Of a stretch of 64,000 nucleotides of DNA, positions 1 through 10,038 are shown piece by piece. The notes under the pieces were generated by a model, which searched no databases, was not told where the DNA came from, and saw only the letters and a program-made list of their open reading frames with translations. Source of the stretch: a virus; IMG/VR virus record IMGVR_UViG_3300010397_000005, positions 1 through 64,000 of that record, one strand, 5' to 3'. The position numbers were made by a program, and so were the translations under genes. The stretch's first letter is position 1. Each line of letters starts with the position of its first letter.

Positions 1-328
1 TCGTGCAGGATTTGTACAACTGCTGCCTGGAGCACTCAATCCCAAAATCGCCGGAGATCCCAACGACAGCAGCCAGCCAGACGATCTCCGAGACTACCGC
101 CGCTGGCTCACCCACCCCGGCAACCCCGCTGGACGAAAACCTGCATACATCGACAAGCATCTCGTAGCAAGGTTTCTGCAAGTTCCAGTCTGGTTGCTAA
201 GTCGCGTGCCGCTTCACTATCAGGAGGAGGCGCGAATCATTTTACAAGCTAAGCATGGCGCGCGTATGCACGCACTGGGGAGTAACAAGCTCATGGCTAC
301 GTTCCCGGTTGATCCATATGAAATGTAA
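1..328 (+). CDS. Partial tail assembly chaperone (lambda gpG/gpGT-like)
   Basis: Frame 3 is open to TAG 165-167 and frame 2 is open to TAA 326-328, with a slippery C CCA AAA at 41-47. Lies just upstream of the tape measure gene; 5' end is outside the window. Confidence 0.55.
   Translation, partial: RAGFVQLLPGALNPKIAGDPNDSSQPDDLRDYRRWLTHPGNPAGRKPAYIDKHLVARFLQVPVWLLSRVPLHYQEEARIILQAKHGARMHALGSNKLMATFPVDPYEM
41..47 (+). other. Putative -1 ribosomal frameshift heptamer CCCAAAA
   Basis: X XXY YYZ pattern in phase with frame 3, leading into a frame open for about 95 codons. Confidence 0.5.
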
Positions 329-546
329 TGACTGAGCTACCATTCAACTTACACGACTTGGGTATAGTTCCTGAAGTGTTTTGTCGGTTATACGCAGCGC
401 GAATTACCCTCGTGGCCCATAAGGACGAGTCGGGAACAGTGGCAGGATTCTGGGTTCGTCATCCAAAGAACGACTGTCGTCACAGTGAACAGAAAATCGT
501 CATGCCAATAGTTTCGCTGGCTGAGATCGTATTGAAAGTTAAGTAA
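328..546 (+). CDS. Hypothetical protein
   Basis: TAATG overlap with the upstream stop; fills the gap to the tape measure gene. Confidence 0.55.
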   Translation: MTELPFNLHDLGIVPEVFCRLYAARITLVAHKDESGTVAGFWVRHPKNDCRHSEQKIVMPIVSLAEIVLKVK

Positions 547-553
547 ATCATCT

Positions 554-3500
554 ATGGACGTAGCTGAACTCAGAGCGATATACACCGCCACGAGTCAAGA
601 GTTTGACCGCGTCACAGACCACGTCCAGAAGCGGCTCAAAGAGACTCAGGCGCAGGCTGGCGGTCTGGGCGGCGCGTCGCAGGCCGTTGCGAACGAAGTA
701 AAGAAGATCGAGTCTACTCTCACCTCACGCGCGCCAGTGCGATTCCTTGGCATCGACGTAGCGAGCGAGAAGAAAGCCGCGGCGGAAGTTGTCAACACCG
801 CGCGTACTACTGCAAGTCAGGTTCAACAAGCTACTACCAAATTCGATTCAACCGCCTTCTGGGCGCGACAGGGCAAAGCCGCTACTGATTCCTTCCGTAC
901 TACTGAGCATGAAAGCGTACGCGCGGCGAAAGCTTCCAGTCTCGTTTGGGACAAAGCTACCCTCGACCGAATCAAAGCTGCCGAGCAGGGAGCCGCACAG
1001 GAGGCTCAGGTAACAGCCAAACGAGTAGCGTCAACTACTCGTGCTACTTCAACGATTGTCCGCGACGCCAAAACAGGCGCGACTCTCACGCAAGCTGAAC
1101 TGGCGAAGATCATCGGTGGCGGGTCGAAGGTAGTCGAAGCCGAGGCTGCGAAAGTCGGTAAAGCTACCGGAGGCGTCCTTGCCAACCTCCAAAAACTATT
1201 CCTGCAAAACAATTTCCTTTTCCGCCAACTCGGCCAGCGTGTGGCAGGCGATCTGGGATTCGCCGCGGTTGGTGTGAGTAAGCTCGCGCTCAACTTCGAG
1301 CAACTCGTCACCAAGTCAGGAGGCGCAGCTACGGGACTAGGAGACGTGGCGAGTAATGCGCTGGGGGCCACTGGGGCGCTTGGCCCGGTGGGGATCGCGG
1401 TTGGAGTCGTGGTAGTCGGACTCACCGCGCTGGTGGCAGCTTCAATTGGCGCGGCGGCGGGGATGTTCTACTTCGCAAGTTCAGCAGCAGAAGCCGAGGA
1501 GCGCTTCGCCGATCTTAGCCGTCAGACCGGATTAAGCACCGACAACCTGCAAGTGTTTGATCTCGCCGCGCGCCAGTCCGGTACTACACTGGATAAATTT
1601 GTGACAGGCGTGGGCCAGCTAGACCGAAAGCTGGTTGATGCCGCAGAGGGCGGGACCAGCAGGTTTAGTGTTGGACTGAAAAAGCTCGGCATTGATGCCG
1701 AAGATCCGAATAAGGCCATCAGTCAGTTAATTGACCTGTTTGCCAAGCTCCCCGCTGGAGTTACCCGCACAGGCGCGGCTATGCAGGTATTTGGCACACG
1801 TGACGGGAAAGCGGTTGTTGCGGTAGTGGACCAAATTACCGAGAGTGTCGGTACAGCAGACGGCGCTTTAGACAGGTTCAAAAAACAAGTACAGGATACA
1901 GGGGTCCATATTAACTCCGACGGGGTTGAAACGGCAGCGGCTTTTCATAAGCAAGTAGTCTTGCTCGAAGCCCAGTTCGAGTCCTTCAAACGTATCGTCG
2001 GCGAAGAAGCACTCCCCACTGTCCTAGCTGCGGCCACGAAATTCAGCGACTGGATCGCGCGTAATCGAGTTGAGATTGGCAACTGGGCGCGGGATATCGA
2101 GCACGTAGCCGAAGGTGTGCTCAGTCTCACCGGAGCACTGCTCAAACTTGCCGCAATCGCCGCTTTGCCGATGATTATCGAACTGCGGCTGATTCCTAAA
2201 ATAGCCGAAGGTGGCGGCAACATTACCGGGAGTATTGCGGCTGAGATAGGCAAGCGCATCGGCGTGCCGATTACGCCTCCCGAGCCAGTGCTGGCGCGAC
2301 GCACATTCACGCAGGACAGGGAAGCACAGCAAACCGCGGCGGATACAGCTAAGCGAATCCGTGATGCGTTTGCTCCGAAGGGACGTGGTGGGGGCAAGGG
2401 AGAAGATCCAGCCCAGACTGCGCGACGACTGGCTGAGATCTCACTACAGGAGACGCTGAAAGGATTACAGGCCGAGCATGACGCGCTCCAGCGGCAACTG
2501 GACCTCAATTTCGTCTCGCGGGAGAAGTACACACAGGACACGATCAACCTCGAACTCCATCGTCGGCAAGAGACGATTGTGGGCTTGCAGAAGGAATTGG
2601 CTGAAGCTGAAAAGATCCGCAAGCCGGGCCAGAGGGCGGTTCGGGTGGCTGAAATCAACGCGCGCATCAAGGAGGAGGAACGTCGCAGCGCGAAAGAGGT
2701 CCAGCAAATCACTGACGATTCCGCGGCTGAGCAACTGCGCATCGGCCAAGCTACAGCGAACTCGCAACTGCGCATTATCGAGACTCAGACCGAGCAGGTG
2801 AAAGCGCGCATCCGTGAGCAGGCTGACTTCCGCATTATCACCGAGCAGCAGGCAGCGGAGTTCGAGGAGAAGCAAGCGCTCAGGGTGTTCAACGCGCGAG
2901 AGCGGATCTTGCGGCAGGAGAAAGACGATGCTCGTCTCAGCGAGGAAAGACGTAATGAGGCGCAGAACAAGCTCGATGAACTAGCCGCAGAACGTAAAGC
3001 CTTCCTCGAAGGCGGTAGTCGTACTATTGCCGCTGCGATTCGCTCCGACGCCGAGCACGTGGTCCAGTTCGCGGCGCAAATCAGAGACGCGTTCCAGCGC
3101 GCGGCTGATGTGCGACTTGAGGCTGGCGAAACGAATCTGGAACCGCTACGTAACTCGATCCTTACTCGTCATCAACTCTGGGACGCAGAGTTGCAATTCG
3201 AGATCACGCGTGAGGAAGATCGACATGATCGAGTCATGCAGGGATTTAAGGACGAGGCCGATTTAGCGCGTATTCGTATCAAGAACGCGAAGGAGTTAGC
3301 CGACACCCTCGCAGGCATTCACGCGCAAGAGCAGGCCGAAGCAGAACTGCATCAAGCTCGATTGCGACAACTGGCGACACAGGCAGCCGAGCAGCGTCGT
3401 CAGGAGTTGCTGCAAGTGGCGGATGACCTCGCCTCGATTGCGTCTGACATCTTTGACGCAATTGGCAAGTCGTCAGACGAGTTCTGGAAGTCGTTGAAGC

Positions 3501-4108
3501 AATCCGCGGCAAATTTTGCCAAGCAGATTCGTGATGAACTGTTCAAGGGATTACTGGAGCGCCTCATTACCGGACAGGCACAGGGCGCGGAAGGGTTGAT
3601 CGGCACGATCATCAACCCCCTGCTCGGCGCGCGTGGGCCACATGCAGAAGTGGCTGACAATACCAAAGCAACTCGCGACAACACTGCCGCGCTTAACGCC
3701 CTCACTCGCACGATGGGTGGTACAGCGGCGATGCCGACTGACATCGCAGGCGGGATTAGCATGGCGCTACACGAGCTTGGTCATGGAGTCGGTGATCGAG
3801 TGTCGAGTTTATTCAGCGGCATCTTCGGCGGCGCGCGAGCAGGCGGCGGTCCGGTGGACATGGGACGAATCTACCAGATTCACGAGAAGGAATTCTTTCG
3901 CCCGAACGTGAGCGGGAAGATCTACAACTTGGACCAGATGAGCGCAGTACTGAGCAAGTCAAGTGGAGAAGTGCGGACCATTGTGGCACTGGGAGATGAC
4001 GCGGTCGGGGAAGCAATGGAGTCGCATCGGCTGACGCCGCAGGGACGACGAGCACAGATCGTGCGGGGCAGGTGGAATCGCAAAGTTGGAGGATTGCAGT
4101 TTGTATGA
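554..4108 (+). CDS. Tail tape measure protein
   Basis: 1184 aa, Ala/Glu/Gln-rich helical, hydrophobic Gly-Ala segment, DLSRQTGLS motif, C-terminal GARAGGGPV...YQIHEKEFFRP typical of tape measure proteins. Confidence 0.92.
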   Translation: MDVAELRAIYTATSQEFDRVTDHVQKRLKETQAQAGGLGGASQAVANEVKKIESTLTSRAPVRFLGIDVASEKKAAAEVVNTARTTASQVQQATTKFDSTAFWARQGKAATDSFRTTEHESVRAAKASSLVWDKATLDRIKAAEQGAAQEAQVTAKRVASTTRATSTIVRDAKTGATLTQAELAKIIGGGSKVVEAEAAKVGKATGGVLANLQKLFLQNNFLFRQLGQRVAGDLGFAAVGVSKLALNFEQLVTKSGGAATGLGDVASNALGATGALGPVGIAVGVVVVGLTALVAASIGAAAGMFYFASSAAEAEERFADLSRQTGLSTDNLQVFDLAARQSGTTLDKFVTGVGQLDRKLVDAAEGGTSRFSVGLKKLGIDAEDPNKAISQLIDLFAKLPAGVTRTGAAMQVFGTRDGKAVVAVVDQITESVGTADGALDRFKKQVQDTGVHINSDGVETAAAFHKQVVLLEAQFESFKRIVGEEALPTVLAAATKFSDWIARNRVEIGNWARDIEHVAEGVLSLTGALLKLAAIAALPMIIELRLIPKIAEGGGNITGSIAAEIGKRIGVPITPPEPVLARRTFTQDREAQQTAADTAKRIRDAFAPKGRGGGKGEDPAQTARRLAEISLQETLKGLQAEHDALQRQLDLNFVSREKYTQDTINLELHRRQETIVGLQKELAEAEKIRKPGQRAVRVAEINARIKEEERRSAKEVQQITDDSAAEQLRIGQATANSQLRIIETQTEQVKARIREQADFRIITEQQAAEFEEKQALRVFNARERILRQEKDDARLSEERRNEAQNKLDELAAERKAFLEGGSRTIAAAIRSDAEHVVQFAAQIRDAFQRAADVRLEAGETNLEPLRNSILTRHQLWDAELQFEITREEDRHDRVMQGFKDEADLARIRIKNAKELADTLAGIHAQEQAEAELHQARLRQLATQAAEQRRQELLQVADDLASIASDIFDAIGKSSDEFWKSLKQSAANFAKQIRDELFKGLLERLITGQAQGAEGLIGTIINPLLGARGPHAEVADNTKATRDNTAALNALTRTMGGTAAMPTDIAGGISMALHELGHGVGDRVSSLFSGIFGGARAGGGPVDMGRIYQIHEKEFFRPNVSGKIYNLDQMSAVLSKSSGEVRTIVALGDDAVGEAMESHRLTPQGRRAQIVRGRWNRKVGGLQFV

Positions 4109-4485
4109 GTATCAGTGACGAAGCGGGAGCGGATCTATTGAACTTGGATTTCAATGGCACGAGCTACAGTCCACCCGCGGTCTGGTATGTCGGCTTTCGG
4201 GGTGGGGGTAGCGAGCTAAGCGGCAACGGCTATGCGCGCATCCCGCTCACCGCGAACTCGACGAACTTCCCAGTCACTGCGACGAAGGCGATTAGCAATG
4301 GAATTGAGTTCGAGACGCCTGTTGCGACTGGTGGAGACTGGGGACAGGCCGACGAAGTGGGATTGTGGGCTGCATCGAGTGGGGGTGATCCGAGGTATTA
4401 CGATTTGCTTGATGCGCCGTTCACGGTGCTGAACGGGAGAAAGAGGACATTCCCTGTCGGATCTCTGACGATTAAACTTATATGA
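4105..4485 (+). CDS. Small virion/tail-fibre-associated protein
   Basis: ATGA overlap with the tape measure stop; WYVG...ELSGNGYAR...DWG...VGLWAA...TFPVGSLTI pattern is common in phage structural proteins. Confidence 0.7.
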   Translation: MSISDEAGADLLNLDFNGTSYSPPAVWYVGFRGGGSELSGNGYARIPLTANSTNFPVTATKAISNGIEFETPVATGGDWGQADEVGLWAASSGGDPRYYDLLDAPFTVLNGRKRTFPVGSLTIKLI

Positions 4486-5330
4486 CCTACGCCAGCATTG
4501 AACAATCCGAATACGATGCCGCGCAAACTTTTCTCTACGAGTTCCGTGGGCCATTTGGCACCTTCAGGTGGTCCAGTGCTCCTGTCGTCATCGCTGCAAC
4601 TATCGGCGCAACTCTAACCACCTTCCTCCACCCGCGCGGTGGTATCTCGCACAACGATCCGACGATGTCTCCTCAAGCTGACAGGGGAAACTTGGAAATC
4701 ACTGTCAGCCATCGCAACCCGATAATTCGCGCGCATCGCGAGTTTCCTCCGGCTGGCGATACTGAAGTGACGGTGTGGAGACAGAATGAGATCAGTGGGG
4801 ACGTGTTCGAGATCTGGTCAGGGGTGGTGATTGAGACGCCGATCGTAGGATCGACAGGAATCATTCGCTCGCAGCACTGGGCCGCGGTGGTCGCGGGTAG
4901 TGAGGGGCTGAGTGAGAAGTGGGCTCCGACCTGCCCGTTTATGACGTACCAGTTTCCCTGTCCGGCGCAGATCGCAAATCACTCCACGGCAGTGGTGGTG
5001 AGTGCGGTTGACACGGAGAACTTTACTGTCACTGTCACTGGAATCACGCAGATCGACCACTGGTTCAACGCGGGCGTGTTCTCAGTTGCGAACGGCGACA
5101 AGCGCTTCATCTTGGACCATACGGGCGACGTGCTCACGCTACTCCAGAACTTCCCCGTGTCGTCATTGAAAGTAGGCGATTCGGCGACGCTGATCGATGG
5201 CGACGATCACTTGTACCAGACGTGCAGGGACAAGTTCGGCAGTGAGACTGGCAACGGGGCGGCGTTCGGGGGAAATCACTTGCAGACGAATAAGAACGTT
5301 CATGCGATTGGGAGGATTGAGGTGACGTGA
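4482..5330 (+). CDS. Baseplate hub/tail-tip protein (BR0599/DUF2163-like)
   Basis: N-terminal LYEF...FRWSS, central TCPFMTY..PC, C-terminal GDDH..QTCRDKFG...FGG. Confidence 0.78.
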   Translation: MTYASIEQSEYDAAQTFLYEFRGPFGTFRWSSAPVVIAATIGATLTTFLHPRGGISHNDPTMSPQADRGNLEITVSHRNPIIRAHREFPPAGDTEVTVWRQNEISGDVFEIWSGVVIETPIVGSTGIIRSQHWAAVVAGSEGLSEKWAPTCPFMTYQFPCPAQIANHSTAVVVSAVDTENFTVTVTGITQIDHWFNAGVFSVANGDKRFILDHTGDVLTLLQNFPVSSLKVGDSATLIDGDDHLYQTCRDKFGSETGNGAAFGGNHLQTNKNVHAIGRIEVT

Positions 5331-5446
5331 GCGATTGGGATTTCTTTTACCAGCAACTACAAGTCAGCTTCAAAGTATTAGCCATCATAGCGCCGTGTAT
5401 CACCGTGGTGCTCGTTCTACTATGGGTATTCAGGAGGAATCGCTAA
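5327..5446 (+). CDS. 39-aa single-pass membrane microprotein (not in ORF track)
   Basis: GTGA overlap; MSDWDFFYQQLQVSFKVLAIIAPCITVVLVLLWVFRRNR; stop abuts the next start. Confidence 0.55.
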   Translation: MSDWDFFYQQLQVSFKVLAIIAPCITVVLVLLWVFRRNR

Positions 5447-8047
5447 TTGAGCGGCGGCGCACTGGGTCGAGCAGCCAGCAGGGCGATAACACAGCGCTCT
5501 GTGCTCTCGTCCACGCTGCTCCTGGCAGGCTCCCAAGCGCTTAACGTCCTGCTCGAACCGACTGGAGTCAAACGCGCCACTTTTAACGACTTCAACGTCT
5601 CTCCGGGGGAAGCATCCGACACTGTTTCCTACATCGCAGGCACGGTCGAAACCGTCCCGCATCTCATCTCCTACTTCGACTTTCATAGCAAGAAGGTAAA
5701 GAACGATGTCTCGATTGCGCAGATGCTGATCAGCGCAGGGCTGGATGGGCTGGCGGGTTACGTTGCAGGGGGAGGTTCATTCGGGCTTGTACCTGATCCG
5801 CCTACAGCCTACATCGGACTGGCCGAAGGGACAATACTGGGAGCAATCGTCGCCGGACTCGGGCAACTTCGCACCGCTTCATACCGCTACTACTGCGGCT
5901 TCCTCTACGGGATTTGTCATGGAGTGATCGATGCAATCACTGCGGTCAAAGTCGACGAGCGTATTGTCAGCTTCGGCGCTCCAGCGGGGAACCAGTTCCT
6001 CATCGATGATCCGAGTGCATGGGGCGGGGATCATGTCGACGGTGGAGTGTACGCGCTCTGTAAAGCCATCTCCGGCCACTTCTGGCCGACACAGAACATT
6101 GATCCCTACATCGCCGCGCAACTCGGTGCGAATACAGCGTCGTGGAGTGGTAAGGCGCTGTTCCTCATCTACGGCTTCACGGGCTATCCCGAGTCGGGTT
6201 ACTTCGCTGCTACTCCACAAGGCGCACCAGCGGTCAGGCCGCTCAAATTGCGTGTGCGCCGCCTGCCGAACAATCTCGGCGTACCTGCCTATCACGACAT
6301 CAACGGAGACGCGAATCTCGCCGAGTGCTGCTATGAGTGGCTGACGAGCCCGACGTTCGGCGTGAAGAAGCTCCCCTTGAGCAAGATCGATCTCGCCTCA
6401 TTCCAGCTCGGCGCGCAGACGCACTTCAACCGCGGGCTGGGTATCTCCATCGAGATGAACGCCGACACAGACGTCGAGACCGCGCTCGACAAATTCACCG
6501 CTCTCGGCGATTCGATTATCTACTACTCGTTCAACTCAGGCATGATTCGCTACAAGGTGATTGAGCGCGATTACTCGATTCCGAGCTTGCCTGTGTTCAG
6601 GCGTGGACCAGACGGCTCATCGCCTGAGTTGTACAACGTCATCAAAGTTGACGGCTTCACTCCCGGCACGTGGGCCAGTACAGCAAACGACTTCAGCTTC
6701 GATTACATAGATCGAAATAACAACTACTTGAAAGCCACCCGCTATGTGCAGGACATCGCGAACAAGATGCTCACGGGCAGGACGAGGTCGCTCTCGCAGT
6801 CGCTGGACGGGGTGAGCAATGGAGCAAGTGCGGCGTTAGTCGGAACTCGCGAGTTGCGCGCTGGTTCATATCCCCGCTCTCCATTCAATCTCACCGTCAA
6901 TCGCGATGGCTACGCACTCGAACCCGGCGACGTGATCAAGTATATCGACAATGTAGATAACTTCATCAAGATCCTGCGGGTTGGGGAAGTGCAGGCACTG
7001 GCGACTGACTCGACTGCGGAGATTCAACTCAACTGCACCGAGGACCAGTACGGAGTGGGTGCAGCGGCGTTTGCGGCTTATGTTCCACCCGGATTCACGC
7101 TCACCCTGCATTTACATTTTGAGCTGGAAGATAGCCTGAGTGCGTTGAGCGATGCGTTCAATAAGTTTATCGCAGTGGCCCAGAGTTCCTCGTTCGCGGA
7201 CAGTCTCAACCTGAGCGATGCAATTAGCATACAACTCAACGTGCCTGCATCACTAGCATTGAGCGATTCACTGAACAGTCTCACCGACGCGGTTGTTATG
7301 GCGGGCTTATTCGATCCGTCTCAGGAGGCCTCGACCGCGCTCTGGCTGCGTGCGGGAGATGAAGCCTATACCGACGATGGCACTACTCCTGCCTCGACTG
7401 ACGGCGACGCTATTCAGATGGTTCGTAATAAGCTCAACACGGCAGAGCGCTGGCGGCAGACCATCGCCGGAAGCAAGCCGACACATAAAGTAGGTATTCA
7501 AAACGGTCGTCCGGTCTGGCGATTCGATGGCGACGATTTCTTAGACCATAACAATACGGATCACTTCTTTGGTGGAACCGCGAATACCTTAATGGTAGTT
7601 GTGTCAGCGTCATCCACAGTTGACTACATCCTCAGCGGTTCGACCAGTGAGGGCGGTCCAGCGATCATCACCGGATTCACCCCGTCAGGCGGTTCGCCAC
7701 AGGAGTTTGAGTATTTCACGCAACAGAGCGGCGAGCGAAAGTCGTTTGCCCAGACGGCGACAGGGTTCCATATTCTGACGGTGACGAGGCCTGAGGGCGT
7801 GGGGACGCATAAGCTGTATTTTGACGGAGCGCTCGTCAATTCGGGGACAAACTTCAATAGCGCCAATGACAACTGGTCCAGTCATATTTTAGCGCGCATC
7901 GGGAGATTCATTACTGGAAGCTCTGGTGGTATCACCGCAGATCTTTGTGAGGTTGTTCAATGCACGACTGTGTTAAGCGATTCGAGACTGAATGACATGC
8001 ATCTCTACGCAGGCAACTATTGGGGAATTTCCGTTACCTTGCTCTAA
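5447..8047 (+). CDS. Central tail-tip/host-specificity protein with C-terminal lectin (LamG-like) domain
   Basis: AGGAGG SD; GICHG..DAI, DANLAEC.YE.LT...FG and LEPGDVI motifs; C-terminal LWLRA...NGRPVWRFDG...KLYFDGAL. Confidence 0.82.
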   Translation: MSGGALGRAASRAITQRSVLSSTLLLAGSQALNVLLEPTGVKRATFNDFNVSPGEASDTVSYIAGTVETVPHLISYFDFHSKKVKNDVSIAQMLISAGLDGLAGYVAGGGSFGLVPDPPTAYIGLAEGTILGAIVAGLGQLRTASYRYYCGFLYGICHGVIDAITAVKVDERIVSFGAPAGNQFLIDDPSAWGGDHVDGGVYALCKAISGHFWPTQNIDPYIAAQLGANTASWSGKALFLIYGFTGYPESGYFAATPQGAPAVRPLKLRVRRLPNNLGVPAYHDINGDANLAECCYEWLTSPTFGVKKLPLSKIDLASFQLGAQTHFNRGLGISIEMNADTDVETALDKFTALGDSIIYYSFNSGMIRYKVIERDYSIPSLPVFRRGPDGSSPELYNVIKVDGFTPGTWASTANDFSFDYIDRNNNYLKATRYVQDIANKMLTGRTRSLSQSLDGVSNGASAALVGTRELRAGSYPRSPFNLTVNRDGYALEPGDVIKYIDNVDNFIKILRVGEVQALATDSTAEIQLNCTEDQYGVGAAAFAAYVPPGFTLTLHLHFELEDSLSALSDAFNKFIAVAQSSSFADSLNLSDAISIQLNVPASLALSDSLNSLTDAVVMAGLFDPSQEASTALWLRAGDEAYTDDGTTPASTDGDAIQMVRNKLNTAERWRQTIAGSKPTHKVGIQNGRPVWRFDGDDFLDHNNTDHFFGGTANTLMVVVSASSTVDYILSGSTSEGGPAIITGFTPSGGSPQEFEYFTQQSGERKSFAQTATGFHILTVTRPEGVGTHKLYFDGALVNSGTNFNSANDNWSSHILARIGRFITGSSGGITADLCEVVQCTTVLSDSRLNDMHLYAGNYWGISVTLL

Positions 8048-8056
8048 TTACAAGCG

Positions 8057-10033
8057 ATGACCCTCTCTTACTCAGACACCGTACTCAGCCGCAGCGGGCT
8101 CAAGCTCTTTCATCGCATGGATGAAGCGAGCGGCACAGTGCTGCGCGACTCCTCGCCTTTCGCCACCGACGGGGAGATCTACGCGCCAGTATTCGGCATC
8201 GCCTCGCCAGTGGAGACTGACCCAGCCTCGCTCGCGATGAGTGGTGCAGCGGGTAAGACGCTGATTAGTGTCGCGCCCCAGTCAGACGTGCGCGATAACT
8301 TCTCGATTGAGGTCTTCGGCTACGTGCTCCCACCTGTCCAAGTCTCGCACCTCGTCACGCGCAACGGGCAGATCGGGCTCAGTGGCGGCAATTACATCGC
8401 CATCGATCAGGGCGGCGGCGGGATTCGCTTCGTGCTATCGATTGGCGGCAGCGACTGGGAAGTGAACTTTACCCCGCCTGTCGTGAACCGCTGGTATCAC
8501 ATCGTTGGGATGCGCAACGGGAATGTGATGCGGCTGTATATTAACGGCGTGCTGGTCGCGAGTCGGAGCGATCTACCTACAGGCGATATCAACATCGGCG
8601 GATCGCCCGCGTGGTTCTTTGGGAGCGCGGCGAACCAGAACCTGTTCGTCAGCGCGGGGATTGACGAAGCCTCGATCTGCTCGCCAGCGTTGAATGCAAC
8701 CGAGGTGAAAGAGAACTACGAAGCTGCCATCAATCGTCTGCTCAGCAGTGCGACGATCACGGTGCGAGTGCAAGTCGTCCTCGATACCGACGCTCCTGAG
8801 CCAGTCGACTTCCCCTTCGCCCACAACTGGACTGAGCCGATCAGTGGGAGTGAGCGTGTCATCACCGAGCACCTCAGTTGGAAGACTCATGGCAATCGCT
8901 CCGAGCCTGACTATGAGCAGCGAGTGAATGCGCGCCCGCATGGACCACGACGCGCACTGGAGTATGCGATTACGCCGACGAGCACACAGGCTAAGGCATT
9001 GTTCCAGTGCACGCTATTCACCCCTGCGCAGGTGTTCCGACTGCCCATCCTCACCGACTGGGTACCGCTCATGACGACCGCGAATGTCTCTGACGCGACC
9101 CTCGACTGCGACACGACGCTGCGAGATTTTGAGATCGGCAGCTACTGCACAACGTTCACCGACCCCTACGATCCAACGACATTCCAGTTCTTCAAAGTCA
9201 CCTCACGCACTGACTCACAACTGGGAGTGAGTCCGGCGGTAGGCACGGCGATTGCGAACGGGCTGGTAGCTCCGGCTCGACTGGCGCACTTGCCAAATGA
9301 CGAATCACAACTGGAAGCGTACGTGATTGATCGTGAGACTGGAGCACTCACTTTCGAGATCCTCGATACTGAGCTGAGTTCACGACGGGTGACGGCTTAC
9401 AGTCCGACTTCCACTTACCAACCCAATTTGAGCAAACCTGCCATCGAAGTATTCAGCCTCGACTCGGCGCGATTCGACGTGCTCGAACAGACGCAGTACT
9501 CCATTCGCCAGCGTCAACTAGGCACGGGCAATCTCACTGGGAATGACTACTTTCGTGGGTTAGATACCGCAACTTCATCGACAATCCCGGCGCGGGTACT
9601 CTTGGTTTCACGCGAGGCATTAAGTGAGTTTTATGGCTGGCTGGAGGCACGACAGGGACGACAGAATCCAGTCTGGGTGCCGAGCAAGGAGAACGATCTT
9701 ACCTTCATCGCTCGCGTCAGTGGTACAATACTTCGAGTTGCGTCGGGCTACTCTTTCTACAATCTCCACTACGCCAGACGCGACGTCCAGCTCACTTACA
9801 GCGACGGTACTGTAGCAAATCGCCGCATCACATCAGTGGTGGATAATGGGAACGGAACCGAGGATATTGCAATGGCAAGTGTGCCGAGCGGGACAATTGA
9901 GGAAATCTCATGGCTGAGATTCTGCGTCGCACCGGACTCATTCGAACTGAGATTTCATCGCGATTTGAGCGTGCAAGGTGGAATGATCGTCGAGTGTGCG
10001 TGGGAATTCACTGAACTATTAACAACCCCCTGA
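8057..10033 (+). CDS. LamG domain fused to a distal-tail (Dit/DUF2460-like) protein
   Basis: MDEASGT...WYHIVG.RNG..MRLYING...IDE LamG motifs, then SWKT...EQR...PRR.LEY and WLEARQGRQNPVWVPS. Confidence 0.75.
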   Translation: MTLSYSDTVLSRSGLKLFHRMDEASGTVLRDSSPFATDGEIYAPVFGIASPVETDPASLAMSGAAGKTLISVAPQSDVRDNFSIEVFGYVLPPVQVSHLVTRNGQIGLSGGNYIAIDQGGGGIRFVLSIGGSDWEVNFTPPVVNRWYHIVGMRNGNVMRLYINGVLVASRSDLPTGDINIGGSPAWFFGSAANQNLFVSAGIDEASICSPALNATEVKENYEAAINRLLSSATITVRVQVVLDTDAPEPVDFPFAHNWTEPISGSERVITEHLSWKTHGNRSEPDYEQRVNARPHGPRRALEYAITPTSTQAKALFQCTLFTPAQVFRLPILTDWVPLMTTANVSDATLDCDTTLRDFEIGSYCTTFTDPYDPTTFQFFKVTSRTDSQLGVSPAVGTAIANGLVAPARLAHLPNDESQLEAYVIDRETGALTFEILDTELSSRRVTAYSPTSTYQPNLSKPAIEVFSLDSARFDVLEQTQYSIRQRQLGTGNLTGNDYFRGLDTATSSTIPARVLLVSREALSEFYGWLEARQGRQNPVWVPSKENDLTFIARVSGTILRVASGYSFYNLHYARRDVQLTYSDGTVANRRITSVVDNGNGTEDIAMASVPSGTIEEISWLRFCVAPDSFELRFHRDLSVQGGMIVECAWEFTELLTTP

Positions 10034-10038
10034 AAGGA

